From Armatimonadota bacterium (lineage in GTDB: Bacteria > Armatimonadota > Armatimonadia > Armatimonadales > Armatimonadaceae), in assembly GCA_014379275.1 (NCBI GenBank), contig JACMMA010000503.1:1-31494 (forward strand): a DNA stretch of 31,494 nt, in the 5' to 3' direction. Under the pieces are notes generated by a model. That model made no database searches. It worked only from the letters and a program-made list of their open reading frames with translations, and was not told where the DNA came from. Of the stretch, positions 25,211-31,494 are shown piece after piece. Position 1 is the stretch's first letter; each line of letters begins with the position of its first letter. The translations under genes were made by a program, and so were the position numbers.

Positions 25211-26472
25211 TGCCCTACTCCGACGACGCGTTACGTCCGCTACGCATCCTGCACCTGTCCGACATCCTGTTCGAGGAAAAGCCGGGCGGGTCGCGGCAGG
25301 TCGCCCGCGAACTGCTACGGGAACAGATCAAAGCGGGACACGATGCGACACTTCTTGTTTCGCGATCGGCTCCCGGTGCGCCGCAGCAGTTCCGCGATGC
25401 CGAGTATGGTAACGTCGTCCAGTATGACAAGGGAGGCGATCCGACCGCGTGGGTGCGGAACGGACGGGAAGCGTGCGAGAAACTACTCCGTGAGGCGGCG
25501 CGGGAAAATAAACCGTTCGACGTGGTGCACACCCATTTCGCTTACGCCGCTCTCGGACCGTTACAGGCGATCAAAAACTCGATGCCGCACGTTCGAACCT
25601 TTCACGGACCGTGGGACACGGAAGGCTTCGTGGAGGACACGGCGAATGCCCGGAAAAATCCCATCGTCCTGGCGAAAGCACTGCTGAAGCGGCGGATGCG
25701 CTTCGGCATCGAGCAGGCAAATTTGCGTAGCGCAGCGGCAATCCTTACCCTTTCCGGAGTCTTTCAGAATGAGCTACGCCGCTTCGGAATCGACCCGGAG
25801 AAGGCGACTATTATCCCCGGCGGTGTCAACCGCGACCGCTTTAACGTCGAGGTAGACGATAGTGAAGCGCGCATCAAGGCCCGCGCACGAGTCGGGTTGC
25901 CGGAAGCCACATTCCCGCTTCTGCTCTCGATCCGCCGACTGGTACCGCGGATGGGTCTAGAAAACCTACTCACCTCCTTCCCGCGAGTGCGCGAAGTGTT
26001 CCCGTTCGCGCGACTGGTCATCGGCGGACGCGGACCTTTGGACGAAGCACTGCGAACGCTGGCGACCTCGCTCGGTATCGCGGACGCCGTGACGTTCGCC
26101 GGATTTATTCCCGACGATCAGGTGACGGACTATTATCGGGGGGCGGACGTGTTCGTTTTGCCGACGCTTTCGCTGGAAGGGTTTGGCCTCGTAACGGTCG
26201 AGTCGCTGGCGTGCGGAACGCCGGTCATCGCCACGCCCGTGGGGGCGATCCCCGAGGTGCTGGGCAGTTTGGAAGAGCGGTTGCTGACGAACGGCACGGA
26301 CGCGAGGGCGTTATCAGACGCGGTTCTGCGGTATTTTCAGGCGAAAAAATCGGGCGAAGCGTGGGCGACCAACCTATCGGCGAAACGGCTTTCCGGATAC
26401 GTGGACGACAGGTATACGTGGGCGAAACATGCCCACGCGGTGGAAGCGGTATATCGGAGAATCCTGAAATGA
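25207..26472 (+). CDS. GT4 glycosyltransferase
   Basis: DVVHTH, RRLVPRMG, EGFGLVTVE, TPVGAIPE. Translationally coupled to its neighbours. Confidence 0.93.
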   Translation: MMPYSDDALRPLRILHLSDILFEEKPGGSRQVARELLREQIKAGHDATLLVSRSAPGAPQQFRDAEYGNVVQYDKGGDPTAWVRNGREACEKLLREAARENKPFDVVHTHFAYAALGPLQAIKNSMPHVRTFHGPWDTEGFVEDTANARKNPIVLAKALLKRRMRFGIEQANLRSAAAILTLSGVFQNELRRFGIDPEKATIIPGGVNRDRFNVEVDDSEARIKARARVGLPEATFPLLLSIRRLVPRMGLENLLTSFPRVREVFPFARLVIGGRGPLDEALRTLATSLGIADAVTFAGFIPDDQVTDYYRGADVFVLPTLSLEGFGLVTVESLACGTPVIATPVGAIPEVLGSLEERLLTNGTDARALSDAVLRYFQAKKSGEAWATNLSAKRLSGYVDDRYTWAKHAHAVEAVYRRILK

Positions 26473-27731
26473 CGGCGCAAGATAATCCCAGACCACCACG
26501 ACGCATCCTGTTTGTCGATCACACGGCGCGGTGGAGCGGCGGCGAAATCGCTTTGCACCGCTTCATCACTGCCATGGACCGCGCCCGCTACGAACCGCTC
26601 GTGGTACTCGGGGAAGAGGGTGCGCTGGCGGAGAGGTTGCTACATGAAGGGGTGCGCGTGCTCATCGAGCCGCTCGCTGACGGCGTGCGGGAAACGCGCA
26701 AAGATTCGCTCGGGGCGAGCGGACTCGCACAAAAATTGCTGGGTGGTGGCACAGCATTGTTGTCCTATTCGAAGCGGATCGCCACACTGGCGAAAGAGAA
26801 TCAGTGTGAAATGATTCACTGTAATAGCTTGAAATCCGACATTTATGGGGCTATCGCGGGTAAGTTAGCCAGGGTACCAGTGGTCTGGCACGTGCGGGAT
26901 CACATCGCGCCGCAATACTTGCCGTCCTTGATGGTACGGACCCTGCGTACGTTATCGAAGCGCGTGCCGAAGCACGTGATCTGCAATTCCCGTAGCACGC
27001 TCTTGTCCTTGTTCGGGAACGACGAAGCGGCGACCGCGCGCGGCGAGAGCACAGGGCGGTACACCGTGGTGCCCGACTGTGTGGACGAAACTTTCTTAGG
27101 TGTTCCGGAGCCGACGGTGCGAACCGAGTGGCGGACTGAGAGCGATGCCCGCCCGCTGTACATCGTCATCGTCGGTCGGTTGGCACGCTGGAAGGGGCAA
27201 CACGTGTTCCTCGATGCGGCGAAAATCGTTTCGAACACGCTCGCTGCGGAAAAGACCACCGCGGTACCCGATTTGCGCTTCGTGATCGCAGGGGGGGCGT
27301 TATTCGGCGAAGACGCATATGAGGCTGAGGTCAAGGCACAGGCGAAGCGGGACCTGCACCCCGGTGCGGTAGAATGGCGCGGTAATATCGCCGATGTGCC
27401 CCGGTTGCTGGCAGAGTCAGACCTGCTTGTTCATGCGAGTATCACCCCGGAACCGTTCGGGCAAGTAATCATAGAAGGTATGGCGGCGGGACTGCCGGTA
27501 ATCGCTACCCGCGGTGGCGGGGTCCCGGAAACGATCGAAAATGGGCGCACCGGGCTATTGGTACCGATGGGTGAAGCGGACGCCCTGGCGGAAGCCATGC
27601 TGACATTTTTACGCGATCCCAAAGCCGCGACGCAGATCGGCAGAAATGGCTGGCATGAGGTACGCAAGCGATTTCTGCCGCGCCGCACCGCAACCGACAT
27701 CGAAACGGTTTACGATAATCTGCTAAAGTGA
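26469..27731 (+). CDS. GT4 glycosyltransferase
   Basis: GGEIAL, IHCN, VGRLARWKG, EPFGQVIIE. Start ATG26469 (ATGA overlap) rather than the track's 26211. Confidence 0.93.
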   Translation: MTAQDNPRPPRRILFVDHTARWSGGEIALHRFITAMDRARYEPLVVLGEEGALAERLLHEGVRVLIEPLADGVRETRKDSLGASGLAQKLLGGGTALLSYSKRIATLAKENQCEMIHCNSLKSDIYGAIAGKLARVPVVWHVRDHIAPQYLPSLMVRTLRTLSKRVPKHVICNSRSTLLSLFGNDEAATARGESTGRYTVVPDCVDETFLGVPEPTVRTEWRTESDARPLYIVIVGRLARWKGQHVFLDAAKIVSNTLAAEKTTAVPDLRFVIAGGALFGEDAYEAEVKAQAKRDLHPGAVEWRGNIADVPRLLAESDLLVHASITPEPFGQVIIEGMAAGLPVIATRGGGVPETIENGRTGLLVPMGEADALAEAMLTFLRDPKAATQIGRNGWHEVRKRFLPRRTATDIETVYDNLLK

Positions 27732-27903
27732 GTCGGAACGGAACCCGCGATGGCACAGGATTCAGTTTTGTGTTCGCCGTGATGGCAAACTTCAACAATC
27801 GAAATCATCATTTTGCCAATATTTCGTATAACTTTGGATATAATGGTGCAAGATACAATGCGTCTGTCGCTGAAAGGTGCGAACTAGGAGTGAGACACCC
27901 ATT

Positions 27904-29163
27904 ATGCGTGTAGGAATCGTTCACGACTATCTGGCCCAATCAGGGGGGGCAGAGCGTGTCGTCGAGGCCCTGCATCCTATCTGGCCCGATGCGCCTATCT
28001 ACACCTCGGTCTACGATCCGAAGGCGACATTGCCGTGTTTCGCGGAGATGGATGTCCGCACGTCGTTTCTACAACGATGGGCGAAAGGGCAGTCGGTGCA
28101 CAAATTCGCGCTACCCCTGTATCCGCTGGCGTTCGAGATGTTCGACCTGTCGGGTTATGACCTGATCGTTTCTTCCGCGTCGAGTTTCGCCAAGGGAGTC
28201 ATCACTTCGCCCGAAACCTGCCATGTGTGTTACTGCCATACTCCGGCCCGTTTCGCATGGCGTTTTCACGAATATATGGCGCAGGGCGGTTATAACCCTC
28301 TGGCGCGTCGTGTCCTCGCGCTGGTGATCCATTCCCTCCGTACCTGGGATTATCAGTGTGCTAACTCACGGGTGGATTATTTCGTCGCCAACTCCTACAA
28401 CGTCGCCCGGCGCATACGAAAATATTACAACCGCGAGTCCACGGTGATCCATCCCCCGGTGCGCACCGACCGCTTCACCATCGCCCCCGAACCGACGGCG
28501 GACTATTTTTTGGTGGTGTCGCGGCTTCTGTCCTACAAGCGCGTGGATCTCGCGGTGCAAGCCTGTAACCTGCTTAACATGCCGCTCAAAGTCGTCGGAG
28601 GAGGCCCTGATGAGAAGCGGCTACGAGCGATGGCCGGCCCGAAGACCGAGTTCCTAGGGCGCCTGCCAGACGCGGATGTTGTTCGCTTGATGGCGAACTG
28701 CAAATCGTTCCTGTTCCCGGGCGAGGAGGATTTCGGAATCGCCCCCGTGGAAGCGATGGCGGCGGGGCGTCCGGTGGTGGCTCTGAAGGCGGGCGGCGCG
28801 CTCGAAACCGTGACACCCGGCGAAACCGGACTATTCTTCAGCGATACGACCCCGGAATCACTCGCCGATGCGCTGCGACAGGTGGACACGATGGCGATAG
28901 ATTCACGGCGGATTCGTGCCCATGCGGAAGTGTTCGACACGCGCCATTTCCAAAACAAAATGCGCCGGTTCGTCGAGGCGAGTTGCGAGAAGCATACCAG
29001 CCGGTATAACCTAATTGCCCGTGGCGGCGAAGGCGACCCACGATTCTCGGTCGGATATCGGGAGGACGACGCGAATTTACCTCCCTCACCCTCCTCGAAT
29101 GGTATCCGCACTAATGGGACATTTGATGAAAAAAAGCGCGTTATAGGCGTTGCAGGAAGGTAA
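27904..29163 (+). CDS. GT4 glycosyltransferase (mannosyltransferase-like)
   Basis: IVHDYL..GGAERV, CYCHTPAR, SRLLSYKR, EDFGIAPVE. AGGAG upstream of ATG27904. Confidence 0.93.
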   Translation: MRVGIVHDYLAQSGGAERVVEALHPIWPDAPIYTSVYDPKATLPCFAEMDVRTSFLQRWAKGQSVHKFALPLYPLAFEMFDLSGYDLIVSSASSFAKGVITSPETCHVCYCHTPARFAWRFHEYMAQGGYNPLARRVLALVIHSLRTWDYQCANSRVDYFVANSYNVARRIRKYYNRESTVIHPPVRTDRFTIAPEPTADYFLVVSRLLSYKRVDLAVQACNLLNMPLKVVGGGPDEKRLRAMAGPKTEFLGRLPDADVVRLMANCKSFLFPGEEDFGIAPVEAMAAGRPVVALKAGGALETVTPGETGLFFSDTTPESLADALRQVDTMAIDSRRIRAHAEVFDTRHFQNKMRRFVEASCEKHTSRYNLIARGGEGDPRFSVGYREDDANLPPSPSSNGIRTNGTFDEKKRVIGVAGR

Positions 29164-29166
29164 CTG

Positions 29167-31128
29167 ATGACCGCATCGCCTCGCCGCCCCGGTGATACCG
29201 CTGTGCCAATAAACATCGGCGAGGAGTGGCCCCCCTTTCTCATCCTCCTTTGCTTGACGCTACTGTTTCTGGCACAAACGCCCGCGGTTCAACCGGTCGC
29301 GCAGTTGCTTTGTGTGTTCGGCGGGATCGTCGGTCTGGTGGCAACGGTCGCCGTGTGTCGCGGCTTCGCGGAGAACATCGGGCGGGCATTCTGGAAAGCC
29401 CCGACTCTCCTCCTTTTTCTGCTCGTCGCCTATACCACGTACCGGTATTTCACCACCCCGCCCATCTATAGTCTGCTGGCGACCACGGATCTTTTGCGTG
29501 TCTACGGCGGGGCGCTTGCTTATTTCGCGTGCGCCTACATCCTGGGGAGTAGCCGGCAACTCGGTCGTCTCGTGATCGGCATCGCCGTCTTTGCCGTCTT
29601 TGTCGCCTTCGCCGACTTCGGCAAGTTCGGTAGTACGGGCATAAACAACGCCGCGCACGTCGAGAATACCAGCGTTCTCGGCCTGCACATGACGGTGGGC
29701 GGCTTTCTTGCCATGCTCCTGCCGGTCGTCGCCGCGTTCGCGTTCCTGCCGGACGGTGACGATAGACAGCGGCTCGTGTCCCAGCTTGTTTTTCTGGTGA
29801 TCGGGTTCGCCTTGATCCTGGCGCGGTCGCGCTCCGCGTGGCTCGCCGGGGTCGCCTCGCTACTTGTGGTCGGGGCGTTATTCGGCGCGTTGGCACTGCG
29901 GGAGCGGTGGCGACGGGGCACGGAGCCGAAACGCTCGCGCCGGGGGGAGCACCCCGTGGCGCGGCTATTGAACTCGCCGTTCCTCTGGGTGGGACTGGGT
30001 TTGACGGTATTGATCGTCGGAGGCGGGTTATCCGGGATTCTTACCCAGCGGAGCGAGGCCGTGCGAGCCGTGCTGACCGGCAATATCACCGGCGGGGCGG
30101 TGACTTTCCAGTCGCGCCTGAACTCATGGCGTGCCGCCCTGCTAATGATCCGGGAGAAGCCGCGGGTCGGTTATGGCCTGGGTGGCTATATGGTGGAGCA
30201 AGGCAAGTGGACGCACATCGGGGATGAGACGATTCAGGTGCTGAATAAAGGCACCGGTCATCAAAATCGGGCGCACAGTTTCTACCTGCAGTGGGGGGTG
30301 GACTCCGGGTTGGTGGGGCTGTTTCTGCATATCGCGTTCGTCGTCGCCTGGTTTATGGCGATGTTGCGCGGGTTCGCTGTCGCGCCGTCGCCGGAACGTC
30401 GCGCGTTCGCCATCGGCGCGATGGGGGCTGTCGCCGCGGGTGCGGTTGATGCGATCGCCTCCCCGATGTACCAGATGCATGGGACGTACGCTCTGTGGCT
30501 GGCGTGGATGGGAATCGGCCTCGGGGCACTACGCGCCGACCCGCCGCGTCAGGGCATCTCGCTCGCTTTCTCGAAAGGGGAAAACATCGCGCCGTCCGAC
30601 GACCACCCGGCTATCGGGTCGCCGAGCCCGATTCTCGATTGGGTGGGGGCGGCTCTTCTCGGCGCGGGTAGTGCCGTGCTATGCCTGCTCCTCGCCGACC
30701 GCATTATCGCCGAAGGGGCGAAAAAGCCGCCCGGAGCATTTCGCGTGGTGCAGGTGCCGTACGTATCCGAGATACGACCGGGAACGCGTATCGTGTTCAA
30801 AGCACTGTACACCGATGAGAACGGGGTGGATCGCCCGACCCTCCCGGGAACCCAGTGGGAAGTGTACGCGGCAGAGGACGTACTGAAAGCGCCCGGTGCG
30901 GGATTCATACGCCTTGACGGAGTACGTGCGAGTGCCTACGGGACAGGTAACTCCCAGTCCCATGCCGGTTTGCTTCTTGTGCCGCCGCCAGGCACGAAAG
31001 CACCGGCGATCACGGTGTTCGGGGTGTACCGCGATGATTATGGTCGCGTGTACCGCAAAGCCGCTACCGTCGCCGTGCGTGCCGACGCCCCGGAGATCGT
31101 GCCGTATCGGTTCCCCGGCGAACGCTAG
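29167..31128 (+). CDS. O-antigen ligase (Wzy_C/WaaL/O-OTase-like) protein with C-terminal soluble domain
   Basis: RSRSAWLAG, SRLNSWRAALLMIREKPRVGYGLG, RAHSFYLQ..DSGLVG, about 12 TMs, then about 130 aa of beta-rich C-terminus. Confidence 0.88.
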   Translation: MTASPRRPGDTAVPINIGEEWPPFLILLCLTLLFLAQTPAVQPVAQLLCVFGGIVGLVATVAVCRGFAENIGRAFWKAPTLLLFLLVAYTTYRYFTTPPIYSLLATTDLLRVYGGALAYFACAYILGSSRQLGRLVIGIAVFAVFVAFADFGKFGSTGINNAAHVENTSVLGLHMTVGGFLAMLLPVVAAFAFLPDGDDRQRLVSQLVFLVIGFALILARSRSAWLAGVASLLVVGALFGALALRERWRRGTEPKRSRRGEHPVARLLNSPFLWVGLGLTVLIVGGGLSGILTQRSEAVRAVLTGNITGGAVTFQSRLNSWRAALLMIREKPRVGYGLGGYMVEQGKWTHIGDETIQVLNKGTGHQNRAHSFYLQWGVDSGLVGLFLHIAFVVAWFMAMLRGFAVAPSPERRAFAIGAMGAVAAGAVDAIASPMYQMHGTYALWLAWMGIGLGALRADPPRQGISLAFSKGENIAPSDDHPAIGSPSPILDWVGAALLGAGSAVLCLLLADRIIAEGAKKPPGAFRVVQVPYVSEIRPGTRIVFKALYTDENGVDRPTLPGTQWEVYAAEDVLKAPGAGFIRLDGVRASAYGTGNSQSHAGLLLVPPPGTKAPAITVFGVYRDDYGRVYRKAATVAVRADAPEIVPYRFPGER

Positions 31129-31327
31129 TAAACGACATTTACGCGGGCGAAGACTCCGGACACGCCTCGGACCGGTTCTTCTTTGCTTTCGGAGGGCGCG
31201 GTTTGGCGGCTTTGACATGCAGAGACCCATCTCATGCTTGAACGCCAGCACAAAATCCGCGATACGAAGAATAATTTTTGAAAAACTCGTAAAAATACTG
31301 GCACAAGGAAGGGGGAAGGCGAAGTGA

Positions 31328-31494
31328 CCGGCGACCGGAAGGTGGATCAACCGAGACCCCATCGGCTATGACGGCGGAGTCAACTTGTACGGGTATGTGC
31401 AGAACGATCCCGTAGCGAAGGTCGATCCGACCGGGTTGGCTCAAATAATAAAAACCCCGAATCTACCCAATGAGGACTGGCCGCGACCATACCA
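31328..31494 (+). pseudogene. Orphan RHS repeat-associated core end plus start of a C-terminal toxin tip (runs off the window)
   Basis: Frame +2 reads [37 protein letters not shown]|[18 protein letters not shown], with the DPxGL autoproteolysis motif at 31424-31438. Preceded by an in-frame TGA (31325-27) and has no start codon. Confidence 0.9.

Noticed and set aside
26211-26468. Long N-terminal extensions in the ORF track (also 1499-1591, 4442-4684, 5509-5547, 17787-17843)
   Set aside because: They overlap neighbouring genes or promoters. Downstream starts have SDs, coupled stop/start overlaps or correct domain boundaries.
27751-27818. Sigma54-like TGGCAC and a TGGCAAA/TTTGCCA inverted repeat
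   Set aside because: The -12 TTGC element is absent at the required spacing, and a 7-bp inverted repeat with a 22-nt gap is not significant alone.
27728-27913. 61-aa Asn-rich ORF coupled to the GT4 stop codon
   Set aside because: Its composition is explained by the AT-rich promoter-like DNA, and it overlaps the next gene's start.
28533-30089. Long antisense or alternate-frame ORFs (e.g. 28533-29243, 29535-30089, 16492-17181)
   Set aside because: Shadow ORFs expected in high-GC coding DNA, with no motifs, lying fully opposite well-supported genes.
31217-31327. ATG31217 in the RHS frame with UGA read-through or selenocysteine into the RHS core
   Set aside because: The upstream peptide has no RHS/YD similarity, no SECIS-like hairpin was recognised, and the position is not a Cys-equivalent site.
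1-31494. CRISPR array, IS/transposase, prophage, rRNA
   Set aside because: No regularly spaced repeats, no transposase/integrase/phage motifs and no rRNA-like sequence were seen.

Overview
A GC-rich bacterial chromosomal window. The gene styles (DUF1573 and DUF1559-like proteins, RHS tip, Gram-negative-type fused Wzc) suggest Armatimonadota or a PVC-like lineage, but that is inference only. The left half (1-13.7 kb) is a mixed accessory/housekeeping region: a damaged or partial GNAT, a renalase-like flavoprotein, a rhomboid with a C-terminal helical domain, tRNA-Ala(GGC), a three-gene minus-strand cassette (DUF1573 protein, 10-Cys secreted protein, DUF1559/pseudopilin-like protein), a McsA-like zinc-finger fragment divergent from an atypical Hsp70, a 24-aa small ORF, a GH43_24-type glycosidase, an FAH-family keto-deoxy-pentonate dehydratase, a membrane protein and an 891-aa TPR protein. 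The right half (14.1-31.1 kb) is a co-directional 11-gene Wzy-type surface polysaccharide/glycosylation locus: priming transferase, Wzc, Wza, Wzy-like polymerase, four GT4s, a GtrB-like GT2 plus a GT-C, and an O-antigen-ligase-like protein, with no flippase. The window ends in an orphan RHS core/toxin-tip fragment that the ORF track missed. No CRISPR array, transposase or integrase was seen. The best candidate for an undescribed system is the DUF1573/Cys-rich/DUF1559-like cassette at 3199-4905. All family calls are from motif recognition by eye, with no database searches.
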